Assembly (NCBI GenBank): GCA_951406725.2
Contig: OX597822.1
Span: 90,396,001 to 90,460,000, forward strand
DNA length: 64,000 nucleotides
Source: Octopus vulgaris
Lineage: Eukaryota
Reading direction: 5' to 3'
Of this stretch, positions 50,501 through 61,855 are shown piece by piece (the stretch's first letter is position 1; each line of letters begins with the position of its first letter). The position numbers were made by a program, and so were the translations under genes. The notes beneath the pieces are model-generated. The model ran no database searches. It was not told the DNA's origin and worked only from the letters and a program-made list of their open reading frames with translations.

Positions 50501-53500
50501 ATTTGAACATTACCTGCAATTATTCAGTTTTGAGCATTCTGATTTTTAAGAACTTGCTTTTAAGGAAATAAAGTTACTCTAATTTATGCCAGAATTACAT
50601 TTATTTTTCTATTACAGCCTGCCATCTTTCTCAGGATTAAGCAACATGAACAGTTGTATGCTTCCAGCTTGCTTTGTACTGACTCTACGAACACCTCTCA
50701 CTGTTCTGGCTTCATTGTTGCAAAAGATTGAATCAATAACAAGTGAGTTTTTTAGAATTATTAAAACTACTGTCAGTGGCATTGTGGTGTCCACCATGAT
50801 CTTAGCTTTTTGTCTTTATGTTTCTGCCTTTTTTATTTGGTAATTACTCTTTTCATAACATTAATATATGCACCCAAGGAAACTATTCTTGTTTTATCCA
50901 TGAAAAATTAAAATTATAATTTTCAAGTTAACAAGGATCATGAATGCTTACAATTTTTCATTTTCTTGAGAAATTTAAAGAAATTGAATCTAATTTAAAT
51001 GAAGGTTCAAAGCCAGTCTGTGTGATTGTGTGTGACACACACGTATATATACATACAGCTTAGATTTTTGCCTATAATTATTGGAGAATTTGGCTTCATA
51101 ACTAATTATCAGTACTATTCTTGGGAAGCTGTGATTCGAAAACCAGAAAGATGAAACCTAATCAGAAGATTAAAGAACAAGGTGCCATCAAAATATGTAA
51201 AACAATCGTGAAGTTCAACATGTGTGCATGCTAAACACACACACACACACACACACATGTGCGAGTACCCTGTCTGATACTGTCTAAATTCCTGTGAAAG
51301 AGTTTCTTGGTTAGAAACAGGCTCCTTCTCCATTGGTGAGAAATTCAAAAAATAAAATATGACAGTACACCTATGTATATAACAGTCTTATGTACAGATT
51401 CTTTCAGGATTTTCACTCATGAGGTTTAAATCAGCTTAAGCCAAATCCTTGTGGTTGCAAAGCAAACTTCTTCACCATAGTGTCAGGCCTGTATGATAAC
51501 ACTAATAAAAAGAGACCCAATATATGTTCATAGAACTTATTCAAACTCTAGGTGTTTTGCTTATTAACTAATTGTGTGTGTAGTTAATGGAATACTATGC
51601 TGGCCTACATGAAGTGTTGATGAGGTGATAGCCTGGATTATAATTATCCCCATAAATTTTATGTGTATATAAAATTTGAGGGGATAATTATAATGTAGGC
51701 TATCAACTTGTCAATACTTCATGTCGTAACCTGGCTACCACAGTACTCTGTCAATTATAAACACATACACACACATGCATGGTGTGTGTGTGTATAACCA
51801 GCCAGCCACCTAATCCCCTGTCAATCTGGTGAGCACTTGCAGATTAACTACATTCTCACCACAAACAAGGATAGGCAGATGCTAGTAAATGCAAAGTCTT
51901 TCCTCAATGAGGAATGTACAACTATGTGTGGTAGATGTGCAGGTACAATGAACACTAAGAATGTATAGATAATAGACCCCAAATATCCAGGGTGATCCTT
52001 AGAAACAGCTATGCAACATGTCAGTGAAACATGGGCTATAACTGCAGATAACATGCAAAGGCTTGAAAGAAATGAAACCAGCATGCTTGATGATACATCA
52101 AGCTAGCTAAGTAAAACTGGATGGGTAATGTAAGTGTATGAACAATATAGTGTAAACATCTTAAGAGAAAAATTGGGAATAAGCGGCATCAGAAGTAGTG
52201 TACAAGAGAAGACTGGACTGGTGTAGCCATGCGATGCATATGGATGAGGTCAGCTGCATAAAGAAGTGCTGATCTCTAATTGTGAAGGGAACTTGTAAAA
52301 GGAGTAGACACTGGAAGACATAGTACAAAGTGGTGAGAAAGGACCTTCAGACATTTGGCCTCACAGAAGAAATGACAACGGATCGAGACTTCTGGTAGTT
52401 TGCTGTGCTGGAGATGTAACGTCAAGCTAAGTAAAACTGGCCATCCATACATATAGGCATGTCCTCTATATCCCTCTCTTAGCTGAGAGATCCTTCCCTT
52501 GAGGGCTCATGAGTGTTGGTGTCGCATAAAAGGTACTCATGCTGGTGCCACGTAATATGCACAAAGTACACTCAATAAAGTGGTTGGTATTAGGAAGGGC
52601 ATCCAGCTGGCCAGCTTCTGTCAAACTCTTCAACTCCTGTCAGCACGGAAAATAGACATTAAATAATGATGTTGACACACACACACACACACACACACAA
52701 TATTCCTAAAAATGTTCAGATTTCCAACTTTCTTCCAAGTATGTGAGAAACCTCAAAATATCTTTGTTTAGATTCTGTGTAACGATTCATTTCTGCAGTA
52801 ATCAATTACAAAAAAAAAAAAAAGTAAAAAAACATAATGTAACAGTTTTGTTTCCTTGGAAAGACCAGCTAGGTCTAATATCTTCCTGTTATCATGGGAA
52901 AAGTGGACACTGAATTGATAATAAACCTTCCAAATTTGCTTTCTAATATTTATGAAAAGCAGTTCTATAATGAATTGACTGGACATCTAAGTGAATAAAG
53001 TAATATACTACAACATTTTTATGATAATTAATTAGATGTTTGTTTTAGAGGTGGAGATATTTAATTAGGCTTTGTGTGAAATTACTATGATTTTATATTT
53101 AAACTAGTAAAATTTCAACTATAGTGAGAGGTATAAATTTGTAGAAATTAAAATTTTGTCTTGATGGTTCTTTTGCAGATATGGAGGTTCCACGAATATC
53201 AGAAGGAAAGAAGCTGTTATCATTGTTGATTGAGACCATTTCATGTCAACAATTATTTAACAAAAAGGAGCTTTATGTTGTTAGTAATGTTTCATATTTT
53301 ATATTCCCTTTATAAATCCCGAGGATGCTATGTTTTTAAAAATCGAACTGGATCTTATGATTCAATGCTGGCCATCCTTTGTTGCAAATCTTCCCTCCCC
53401 TTTCCCCCTCCAAATCACTTGGGTCCTTGCTACCACTCCTCCTTTCCAGTTCTACATTTATGTTATAAAAGTAGTGAATTGAATTTGAAATGCATGTCAA

Positions 53501-56500
53501 CAATTTTATCATTTTATTTATATCAGTAGTTTTTATTGATTTCAGTCAAAAAGGAATTATTATGATAGCACACATTAATATTAAAATTAAAATAATTAAA
53601 ATTGTACATATCATTTATTAATATGATCTCTAGTGGGTGATGACTAGCAGTAATTTTTGCAACCTTAGGTTTCAAATTTGATAAAAGAAATCATAAATCC
53701 TCCTACAGCATTATTTCCATTTGGTTTCTTTTCTTGGTTAAAATTTGATTTATTGCACTAAGGCACAGAAAAGCAGTAAAAAATAACTTGGTTTTAATCC
53801 ATAATATTGGATACTTCAGACTACATTGCAACTACATATCACAGAAGCTTTGATTTCCAAGAGTCATCATCTTTATTAATGGTGGTCTTTTTTTTTTTGT
53901 TCTATTATGCACACAAGTGGGTTTTTTATTCAGTTATTAAATCCTATCTCAAAATATTCTTTCATTTGTTAGGTCCTGAGAGTATCATGTTTAAATAATT
54001 GTTAGTTTTTCATTGGTCAAATGAGAGAACTCTCTTCTGTCAAGGTTTCACTTGAACAGTTCAGTTTTACTTGTATAAAATTAAGATTACTTCCTTGCAT
54101 TTTCAAATCCAGGTTGTTTATCTTGCCAGTAAACTAGGAATTAATTCAGTGGTTTTAGCTATTTGGTCATTTTGGTTTACAAGTAAAAGTTCAACAATAG
54201 CATCATAAAACTGGCAGATATACTTCAAACAAGATCTTATTGACAGCCATTGAACTTCAGTGTGGAGAAATATGGCTTCCAAATTTTCATTCTGTTTTCA
54301 TGATTGGCAGGACAGCCAATTGCTTAAGGCCCAGGCTTTTATTTTGTTAACAGCAAATATTATTATGGTCAGACTTGAAAACAGCTGCTTACTAACCTTA
54401 ACAACAAGGTGTTGTCTATGAATTACAATGTGACTAGTGAATAGATCAGGCACTTCCTTTTGATATATGATACCTGGTCAGCTTGACAGTCTATCAAAGT
54501 GTATCATCAGTTGTTATTGAAGAGAATGTGTTTATCTTTAATACAACTGTGAAATGCTTGATTCTGCAATTAGACTTTCCTAAAAATTCATCAATTCAAG
54601 TTACATACTGATTTAATGACAAGTGACGAATAAGATTGTTCTTTGGAAGATCAAGCTTATGCTCTTTTGGCTGCAGTGGTGCCAATATGTTTGAAGGTTT
54701 AGGATATAAGTACAGGCTATAAAAAAAAAATTAGATGTTAATTTTCTTGAATGACCTGTCAACTGATAATGGTAAAAAAAAAAAATGCTAGGTTGCTTCT
54801 GCTGTTACATGAAATAGATAATTTATTTTAAGAAATAGCCATTTACTTACATTCAAGAAATTGGTAATAAAAATAAAAGGCACCAAAGAAAATTTCACTC
54901 CAGAGTGGGTGGATTTTTCTACACCATCATCCCAAGAGACTGTTTAACCCTTTAACATTTAAACTGGCTGTATCTGGCTCAAATATTCTACGTTTTTTAT
55001 GTTCTCTCACCTGCCCTACAATGTTATTCTAAAAATAATCGTATCATTGAAATCTCAAAACTGTGAGATAATGTATGATCAATTCAAAACAATGTGAATA
55101 AATAAGCATTACATTCAATATAGTAATCTGAATGCTAAAGAATTAATTGAAAAGTCCACACAACCATGATGAGAAAGATGCTAGATCTATACCAAACACC
55201 TCTAGGTCTTAATGCATAGAATCTATCTTCCTATTAATAGCACATTGAGACATCCAAACATTTTAAAACTAAATATTTTCAAAATGAAAACAAATTTATT
55301 AAAATATCATTTTTTTTCTCTCCTTCATTGGTGATTATACACAAAGTTGCTTACCACCCAACACAAACTTCTAAACACTCTCTTGAAATATAATTTTGTT
55401 CATTGCTCACCTCATAATTCCAAGTACCCCCATGCCTTACACCTCAAGGGTTGATACAGACCCCAATGAGAAATGTTGAAATAATTTGTTTAATATTCAA
55501 ATTCTTAAATCACTTACCTAATATAATGTTATATAAAACTAAAACTTATTTTTTTAAAAATTTCTATTTATTTATTTACCTTCTTTTTTTTCAGACTTTG
55601 CCTGATCAGCAGCATGTTTATTTCTTGGGTGGTCATCAAAGTGGTATAGAAGAGGAGGGAGTTCTTATATCAAAGATTCCTTTTACTCATCCAACCAATT
55701 TACCTAAAATTTTGTCTTATCTTCGTCAGCAAATGCTATTTAACACTGCTATTACCAGTTGTATCCGGCCTTCTGCCAAAAGAGGTAAAATATATTCAAC
55801 ATACTACTTCTCTGAACTGATTTGCCTTCTATCCTGCTTTCTAGAAGCAGAAAACCCTTACGTAGTTGTAAGAGAAAATATAAAAATGGAAACAAAATGA
55901 TTAATAACAGTTTTAGCCTGGTATCATCATTTCGCCATTGGTGCTGGTGGCACAAAACATAGTCAGTAGGCTGTGAAGTGGTTGGCTAATGAAGCAGCAG
56001 CAATGTAGGGTTTGAGAGGATTATTTAGTGTTTGTCTGTAGTCTTTTAGAGGGTAAAATAACCTCTATATCTATAATGCTAGTGTCACAAAAAAAATGCA
56101 CCGGTTCCACTCTGTAAAGTGGTTGGTATTAGAAATCAAGTTAAAATTGAGATTATGATAATGGTTATACACACAGTCTTGGTGCACATTGTTGGGCAAT
56201 GAGATGGAGGTATAATCAATATACACAGAGTACAGCTGGTTCCATGACCTGTAACTCTGCAGTTTCCAAAAGATACATCACTCCACTTCGGTAATGGAAA
56301 TGGTGCTGAAAGGAAAAATGCATATTGACAATGGCACTAACAATAATAAAAATACTAGTAATAAAATTGAAAAACATAATAGTGATCACCTGGATCAGCC
56401 AGGCTGTCTGGTGCCGAGTCTGCTTTGCTGGCCACAGCATTCACTCAACTATCTTTGTGCTCTTGCCATTCTCCTCCACGTTGTTCCAAACATTTTTTTA

Positions 56501-59500
56501 AAAATCATCTTCCCACCTCATTGGATCTCTTCTGAGTGGCCTCTTCTGCTCTTGTGGGTACCACTTAACTGCACGGGTCCAGCAATTGTCTGTGAACCCT
56601 GCAACATGACTGGCCCATCGTAGCTTTGTGTGGTGGTATTCTACGACAATGTCCTTCACTCCAGTTCTATCCCTGATCTCCTTGTTCCAGGTGTGATCTC
56701 TTAGCGAGATTCCCAACATCGACATTTCCATGACACTCTGCACTGTAAGCAGATGCTGTTCTCTCTTCATCAAGGCCCAATGCGTATAGCATTGCAGGCA
56801 TGACTGTGCTGTTGAAGACACTGGCTTGAGTTGCCTTGTCTAGGTTCACTTTCAGCACATCCTTCATGGAGTTGAATGCTCTCCGTTGTGCTCTTACCCT
56901 TAGTGAAATCTCATTCTTCATCTCTCACCTCATTGTGGCTTCTTGACCGAGACACACATAGCTGCTCACCTCTTCTTTTTCATTGCCTCCAACTGTTAGG
57001 CGACCAATTGGTACACCTCAGATGAAAGAAGGGAGAAAAAGTGCTGCAGTTAGTGTTGCAGGAACAATATGTGAAGGTTGTGAAGGTAGTGCAGTTGAGG
57101 GAGTCCATTAGGAAAGAATCCTGGGATCAGCTTGAGGAAATAGATGCTAACTATGAGACACTGATCCAGAAGTAAGAAGAAAAACTTGAGGAGTACAAAG
57201 GTCGCAGTTCTGAAGGAGACAGGATCTTGGAGCTGATGAAAAAGCAGAGAAACATAATTGTGATAACTAGCTGAAATACCTGGCTAGTCATTACTCATAG
57301 TTTTTCAGTTCTCACCAGACTATGGGTCATGAAATCCTTTCAAATTGGGTCACATAAATTCAAAATATATTTTCTATTCTTAGCTAGTTTTTTCATTTGT
57401 GTTGTTAGCTTATATGACTCTTCAGTTTAATACTACAATTCTATATTCAATCTTATTCCACTAAACCTGTTTTGTACTAGCTTTGCTAAAAATCAGTTCA
57501 TCTAATGCTACCTTATTAACTAAGAGAATACTTAGCATAGTAGCTACATGACTTGACACTTTTCAAATCTCAATAGCTATTCCCAGTGGACTTTCAAAAT
57601 TGTCCTGCTTTCGTTTTCTTAATCACTTCACTAAACACATCTAAGCCAGAATGAGGCTTGGTGTCAATATCTGTATGCCTCATTTATTAAGATCAAAGTC
57701 ACTTTTGTTTATGTGGTCACCTGAATGGTACTGGGCCAGTTTTAATGACTGAAAGTGTGCATTGCAGATGATAAACGTATTTTGCATTTGATATCTGAAA
57801 TTTTTACTGTTTTTTTATATTTAATACAAGAAAAATGTATTTGTATGTTGAATCTGAGGAATCCAAAATATTTACTTCAAAATTTTCCCAAGTTTTATAT
57901 ACTTCTGTATCTTATAACAATTAGAATTTTAAAAATTTTCTGTGATTTACTTTTCTGAAATGTCTGCATTGAAACAGAAACTTTTGCATATGTTTTGAAT
58001 TTTATAATTACAGATCTTAAAAGTGCACTGGTATTCGAGTTATCTGCTTTGTCTTTGCATCAAGTTAATGTTTCATTTGAACATCCACTACAAGATTCTA
58101 TGGTTACAGGTGATTCTTTTATATCTATTATCTTGTCATTTTTAATATCTTTCTTCATAATATTCAGCATACGTAATGTAGAAATTTTGTCAAAACCTAA
58201 GAGGCTTTCAGATAATGTATTTTTCTACATGAACAACTTTATATCTAGATTTTCATGTGAAATTAAATACATTTCAACAATAATTTAAATTAATAGCATA
58301 TTTTTACTATTTTACATTTCCCCCTGTTAGCTTCCAAAAATTTCTGATATTAAAGCTTGTTTCATGGTGCTGGGACAAATGTTTATGGTAGCAAACAGAA
58401 AACAAGGTACTATGTATATATACTAGCAGAGATACCCAGCATTGCTCCGGATTAAAATGGCAGTTTTTTATTATTTTACTTGCATTGTTCATGTGACTGC
58501 AGACATGCTGGAGCACCACATTTAGTTCAAGAGATCAACCCCCATGATTTATTCTTTGTAAGCCTAGTACTTATTCTATCGGAGTGTTGTGCCAAACAGC
58601 TAAGTTACAGGAACATAAACACAGCAACATAGTTTGTCAAGCAGTGATGGGGGTACAAATACAGACATACACATACATATAAATATATATACAAACATAT
58701 ATACAGATATACACACACATATATATATAAATATATGATATATACATTTAAATATATAGGGTTGGCAAAGAGTACACTGAAGAATTCCGGGTGGAGGTAG
58801 GGGTCCACCAAGGTTCAGTCCTTGGCCCCCTCCTATTTATCATAGTCCTCCAGGCAATAACAGAGGAATTCAAGACAGGATGCCCCTGGGAGCTCCTCTA
58901 TGCTGACGACATTGCTCTAATTGCTGAGTCCCTATCAGAGCTAGAGGAGAAGTTTCAAGTGCGGAAACAGGGATTAGAATCAAAGGGCCTTAGAGTCAAC
59001 CTAGCTAAAACCAAAGTCCTAATAAGTAGGAAGGCAGGCAAACCACAAATCCCTTCAGGTAGATGGCCCTGCTCGATCTGTAGTAGAGGCGTAGGTAGAA
59101 ACTCTATAAGATGTACCCATGTAAGCTATGGACACATAAGAGGTGCAGCAATGTCAAAGGAAGGCTAACTGGGAAGATAGTTTATGTATGTAGCAGATGT
59201 TCGGGAGCAATAAACAGTGAAAATGCGCAGAGACCAACTTCCGCCAGATTCCAGGGAGAAAAACTAGAAGTAGTTGATAGCTTCCGTTACCTAGGTGACC
59301 AAGTCAGTAGTAGGGGAGGGTGCACTGAAAGTGTAGCTGCTAGAATAAGAATAGCCTGGGCAAAGTTCAGAGAGCTCTTACCTCTGCTGGTGACAAAGGG
59401 CCTCTCGCTCAGAGTAAAAGGTAGACTGTATGACGTATAAGTACGAAAAGCCATGCTACATGGCAGTGAAACATGGGCTGTGACTTCTGAGGACATGCGT

Positions 59501-61855
59501 AAGCTCGCAAGGAATGAAGCCAGTATGATCCGATGGATGTGTAATGTCAGTGTGCATACTCGACAGAGTGTAAGTACCTTGTGAGAAAAGTTGGAGCTAA
59601 GAAGCATCAGATGTGGTGTGCAAGAGAGACGACTGCGCTGGTATGGTCATGTAGTGAGAATGGATGAGGATAGCTGTGTGAAAAAGTGCCACACCCTAGC
59701 GGTTGAGGGAACCTGTGGAAGAGGTAGACCCAGGAAGAACTGGGATGAAGTGGTGAAGCACAACCTTCGAACTTTAGGCCTCACCAAGGAAATGACTAGT
59801 GACCAAGACTTTTGGAAATATGCTGGGCTTGAGAAGACCCGGCAAGCCAAATGAGACCATAACCTCGTAACCTATGCCAGGGGCGTAACCAGCCCACTTA
59901 TGCGTACCTTTTCCTTCTTTGGACACAAAACTCTGCTTGCGAACACTTGTTGAGGCAAGTGAAATCGAAATCAAATTCGATGACTGGTATCCATACTAGC
60001 AGGGCGCAAAGAGCACCATACAAGCATGATTGTTGACAGAGCGGCTAACTGGCTTCCATACCAGTGGCACGTAAAAGGCACCTTTCAAGCGTGATCGTTA
60101 CCAGTGTCACCTTACTGGTACTTGTGCCGGTGGCACATGTAAAAACATTCAAGTGAGGTCGTTGCCAGTACCGCCTGACTGGTTCCCGTGCCAGTGGCAC
60201 GTCAAAGCACCCACTACACTCTTGGAGTGGTTGGCGTTAGGAAGGGCATCCAGCTTTAGAAACTCTGCCAGATCAAATTTATTTATTGAGCGTGACTGGT
60301 ATAAACACGTTCTCTCTCTTAATGAGCATAAAGAGAAATATGCTCACGCACATGCCCAAATGGGGTGGTAGAGAGAATAAGGGAAATATTAATATGTCTG
60401 ATGTTAAATAACTTGGTGTCAAATCAGGGATGCCAAATAGACAATGCTAAAATGGCTGTGCCAGAATGTCTCATACCCTCCAATGACATTAGAAATAACT
60501 TTCACACATTCCAAACTTTACAAATACTTAAGAATTTCTTTGGTATCTACTTCATTCTTTGGTGTATCAAAGTCAGTAATATTACATTTTTGTTGCATCA
60601 GTATATGCCATGTAACATTTGTCAGTTGGAATCATATCTGTTCTCCATCCCTTTAAGTCTGCACTGAGAAATTGCTCAGGGATAATCTGAAGGACTCCCA
60701 CTAAAGTGGGTATTTCTGTCTTTGAGAGAATTGCAGCAGGGACATCTTAACCCTATTGATACCAACTGCATGAAAAATCACCCTTGGCTCTATGATACAA
60801 AGTTATTATTTTAAAGTGGCCAAAATTAAAACCTTCCATCAAAATGTCCTGTTAATTTTATTATTTTAAATATCAGCTGAGAGGACCACTCATTCTGTTC
60901 TTTAACATCCAAAGTTGTCCCTTTCCTCTATATTATATCATTAATCCTTTAATTAAACTTGTATTAATAGCATGACCTTCTGTATTAAGCACCACTAAAT
61001 CGTGTTCTATATAATCATTCCTTTACTTTCTGTGATATACGCTTAGCATCTTCTGCTGACAGCACAACATCAACAAATGAAATTCCTCTCTCTAGAACTG
61101 TGACTAATTATATCATCAAACAAATCCATCATTACCTCACCCTCCTGCATCACTGGAAAGCATCATAATGTTCCTGACTGTATAATCACCAACATAAAAA
61201 TTATACAAACAACTAAAATCTCAATTCCCTTTTTTTATTTTTTTTACTTGTAAAGGTGTAAAGGTTATAAAAGTCAAAGCAAATAGACAACTGAATGTAC
61301 TTTGGGCATGTAAATAATATCTCTGAGCTATCATGAAATATGGCACTCATCCTTAATCTTTCCTCCAGCATAACAAAGTGTATTCAAAACATAACGGACA
61401 AGCACTTTGTTTTACTACATGTACACTACACCTATAAAAATATGTACTTATGAAAGAAAATTCTGAAACTTAGAAAACTGTTTATTGTTGCCATTCCAAA
61501 CCAGACAACCCTTAAAAATTATATATCCAACTACCCATATGCATCTCAGTTCAACACAGCCACTCCTATTTTGCATTAAATCTTTTTTTCTCCTTGTGTG
61601 ATCAGCACCAGTAACATTGGCATAGGTTGTATTGGCTCTTCTCCTTCCTTACAAAATTGGATGAGGAAAAAAAATCATTTATAAATATATCTCTATACTC
61701 TGTGTTAATGTATAATGAAGTATTACGTTTATTTTATTTTTTGTTTAAGCCGAGTTTGATATGAGTGACATCACCAATCTGAAGTGCCGTGTCTGTACTG
61801 CTCTTGATGGACAGTCATTTTGTTCTGATGAATATGCATCTAAAGTATTTCACCA
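31207..61855 (+). CDS. MED1: Mediator of RNA polymerase II transcription subunit 1, spliced CDS, 3'-incomplete: join(31207-31213,38481-38587,40960-41038,41847-42034,44129-44157,45702-45773,46424-46498,48678-48832,49339-49453,50618-50742,53179-53279,55595-55784,58014-58109,61750-61855)
   Basis: Manual splicing gives one uninterrupted frame: MTGIQNHKLAILMDKLRNRGPLQRSWNESIKAIRVAMA-DKRH..WLDTLQKAMK-..SDMFYIQVAMDKTGMAKDVKIAHQGEPK-SCQDLQEVL-..FLALQSLECDL..-LLPRKGG..FVSPYDLLD-..LPACFVL-..LPDQQHVYFL..SKIPFTHP..LRQQMLFNTAITSC-..VSFEHP-..CSDEYASKVF. These motifs are colinear with the metazoan Med1 N-terminal domain. All introns are GT-AG with matching phases. Confidence 0.95.
31480..33974 (-). mobile_element. 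piggyBac (PGBD4-like) transposon, frameshifted, in the MED1 intron after the start exon
   Basis: Fragments MASASSDSDFEGF, YDPLYKV.P, LSVDKAMIGFKGR..QYMPAKPTKWGI, YNKYIGGVDKSDQ, KKWWRYIL and a C-terminal Cys-rich domain. The 5' end TTAA-CCCTTTAGTG is at 33961-33974. The left boundary is approximate. Confidence 0.93.
34200..34820 (+). mobile_element. Internally deleted RTE-BovB-type element (putative 5'UTR fused to C-terminal zinc finger)
   Basis: 34680-34770 encodes TAHKCNLCDRGYHLHIGLVSHRQHC, resembling the RTE CxxC..IGLxSH end. The 5'UTR assignment is inferred. Confidence 0.6.
35214..35960. mobile_element. Decayed mariner-like relic
   Basis: TA-TGAGGTCTGACCAAAAA terminus resembles mariner TIRs. 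The interior is too degenerate to translate. Confidence 0.4.
36130..36939 (-). mobile_element. Second piggyBac family, 5' part only
   Basis: Minus strand from ATG 36641: MLSSSESEFEGF, FSEEAGPSHSLSQETKPLDLF, WSPTCLDEI, YISSIMAR..LQYL. Colinear with the N-terminus of the 31.5-34 kb transposase. The end TTAA-CCCTTTTGTTACC is at 36923-36939. Confidence 0.8.
37697..38081 (+). mobile_element. RTE LINE RT fragment
   Basis: VHQESILSPLLFIIVLQAITEEFKTGCP*ELLYADDL. Homologous to 58760-59150. Confidence 0.9.
38481..38587 (+). CDS. MED1: MED1 coding exon (GIQNHKLAILMDKLRNRGPLQRSWNESIKAIRVAMA)
   Basis: ttttgcag acceptor, GTAAGT donor, 107 nt. Resembles Med1 LLERLHAK..RPWSETIKLVRQVM. Confidence 0.93.
39317..39741 (+). 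mobile_element. CORE-like SINE with internal (TA)n/(CA)n (related partial copies 58470-58700 -, 51400-51490 -, 16380-16455 +)
   Basis: ggttcagtccc B box, gtggcaccttgggcaagtgtcttct core, 3' end ccagcatggctgcagtcaaatgactgaaac. Confidence 0.75.
40533..40749. mobile_element. Third TTAA-flanked MITE
   Basis: TTAA-CCCTTTTAC ... GTTAAAGAG-TTAA imperfect TIRs. Confidence 0.55.
40960..41038 (+). CDS. MED1: MED1 coding exon (DKRHQSDAVDRPQLQRWLDTLQKAMK)
   Basis: cttgtag acceptor, G|GTAACC donor, 79 nt. LDTLQKA motif. Confidence 0.93.
41847..42034 (+). CDS. MED1: MED1 coding exon (VLSQLNLVEQLEAVARQVG..SDMFYIQV..DVKIAHQGEPK)
   Basis: Within ORF 41846..42094. ttgtag acceptor, GTAAGT donor. SDMFY and DVKxAH motifs. 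Confidence 0.96.
42760..43740 (+). mobile_element. Penelope-like (Neptune-type) retroelement relic, RT C-terminus to GIY-YIG
   Basis: EVNLLDINMNCSTGEFKPYHKPN, HPPSIIKQ, ILWYNPP, KFLTLIDYHFP, CNCR..CLVKELVYKA, IWTLKE, CKPC, CMHK. Confidence 0.85.
44129..44157 (+). CDS. MED1: MED1 29-nt micro-exon (SCQDLQEVL)
   Basis: tatttcag acceptor, AG|GTAAGA donor. Equivalent to SCPELVQQL and phase-compatible on both sides. Confidence 0.9.
44650..44820. repeat. About 79-bp tandem repeat (two units plus a partial)
   Basis: ttttaaa(c/t)gtttcagagagga..gtgaaagagacagtg..gtggtga..ttca.tttgtg occurs twice. Confidence 0.75.
45702..45773 (+). CDS. MED1: MED1 coding exon (RGDFSEFTSHLEGLCQIYNISGD)
   Basis: tttttag acceptor, GTAAGT donor, 72 nt. 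FxEFxxHLxGL motif. Confidence 0.93.
46424..46498 (+). CDS. MED1: MED1 coding exon (KQKTKTFLALQSLECDLSMLAQLQ)
   Basis: ttttag acceptor, AG|GTAGGA donor, 75 nt. LALQSLExDL motif. Confidence 0.94.
47530..47680 (-). mobile_element. CR1/L2-type LINE 3' fragment (related fragment at 62320-62485)
   Basis: RNLHKVDAGVFKSRLDLLLSRFPVEP..NSI at this position. SLGFRGPQLFNILPKDLRDL at 62272..62523. Confidence 0.7.
47690..48232 (-). mobile_element. Tc1 transposon 5' half
   Basis: ORF 47928..48146 LSHFQRGQIVGA..GVSRSTVSKVM is a Tc1 paired-like HTH. The terminus TA-CAGGGGTTGGACAAA is at 48216-48232. Confidence 0.88.
48678..48832 (+). CDS. MED1: MED1 coding exon (IIVGDSNIIFRSPLGILLPRKGGRPMKLIYFVSPYDLLDRKTKIKHPLTID)
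   Basis: attgcag acceptor, G|GTATGT donor. PRxGG and VSPxDLLD motifs. Confidence 0.95.
49339..49453 (+). CDS. MED1: MED1 coding exon (AITEHQLGQSVTVSIEHSSLNRLQTMPLMTVVKNQDGK)
   Basis: ttttgtag acceptor, AG|GTAATG donor. LGxxxxVxIE motif. Confidence 0.92.
49462..50030 (-). mobile_element. 3' terminal fragment of the family-A piggyBac
   Basis: Aligns with 31490-31990 (for example gtgagaca.aggtgaataca.gtgtgtaacatactgaaaattaatat). Starts with gattactctgtcaaatgtaat, which is the MITE-A end. Confidence 0.8.
50618..50742 (+). CDS. MED1: MED1 coding exon (LPSFSGLSNMNSCMLPACFVLTLRTPLTVLASLLQKIESIT)
   Basis: attacag acceptor, GTGAGT donor. PSF..NS..LPACF motif. Confidence 0.95.
51574..51775. repeat. 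Long imperfect palindrome (MITE-like hairpin), core 51607-51724
   Basis: acatgaagtgttgatgaggtgatagcct..ttataattatcccc pairs with ggggataattataa..aggctatcaacttgtcaatacttcatgt. Confidence 0.85.
51880..52670 (+). mobile_element. Old RTE LINE 3' part
   Basis: Degenerate homolog of 59150-60277 (SETWAIT, LREKLGISGI, KDLQTFGLTEEMT). Confidence 0.7.
53179..53279 (+). CDS. MED1: MED1 coding exon (NMEVPRISEGKKLLSLLIETISCQQLFNKKELYV)
   Basis: ttttgcag acceptor, GTTAGT donor at 53280. Open frame, phase 1 to 0, as the flanking exons require. Confidence 0.85.
55595..55784 (+). CDS. MED1: MED1 coding exon (TLPDQQHVYFL..SKIPFTHPTNLPKILSYLRQQMLFNTAITSCIRPSAKR)
   Basis: Strong polypyrimidine tract plus cag, G|GTAAAA donor. 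LPxQQHxYFL motif. Confidence 0.96.
56380..57020 (-). mobile_element. RTE LINE of a second family, 3' RT and C-terminal fragment
   Basis: YVCLGQ, VFNSTVMPAMLY, MEMSMLGISLRD..EIRDRTGVKDI..KLRWASHV..WYP..KRP..RWED. Confidence 0.8.
58014..58109 (+). CDS. MED1: MED1 coding exon (DLKSALVFELSALSLHQVNVSFEHPLQDSMVT)
   Basis: ttacag acceptor, G|GTGATT donor. FE..VSFxHP..DS motif. Confidence 0.94.
58423..58455 (-). mobile_element. Helitron-like 3' terminus
   Basis: Minus strand ccggagcaatgctgggtatctctgCTAGT: a short hairpin followed by CTAG-T. Confidence 0.5.
58759..60277 (+). mobile_element. 5'-truncated RTE LINE (RT C-half, internal Cys-rich segment, 3'UTR)
   Basis: GVHQGSVLGPLLF, ELLYADDI, WPCSIC..WTHKRCS..CSRC, FRYLGD, RRLRWYGHV, RGRGRPRK. 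Confidence 0.93.
61750..61855 (+). CDS. MED1: MED1 coding exon (AEFDMSDITNLKCRVCTALDGQSFCSDEYASKVFH)
   Basis: tttaag acceptor, GTATGT donor, 106 nt. CxDxxxxKV motif. Confidence 0.92.

Noticed and set aside
53214-53228. LLSLL as a MED1 nuclear-receptor LxxLL box
   Set aside because: It lies within the folded N-terminal domain. The canonical NR boxes are in the downstream large exon outside the window.
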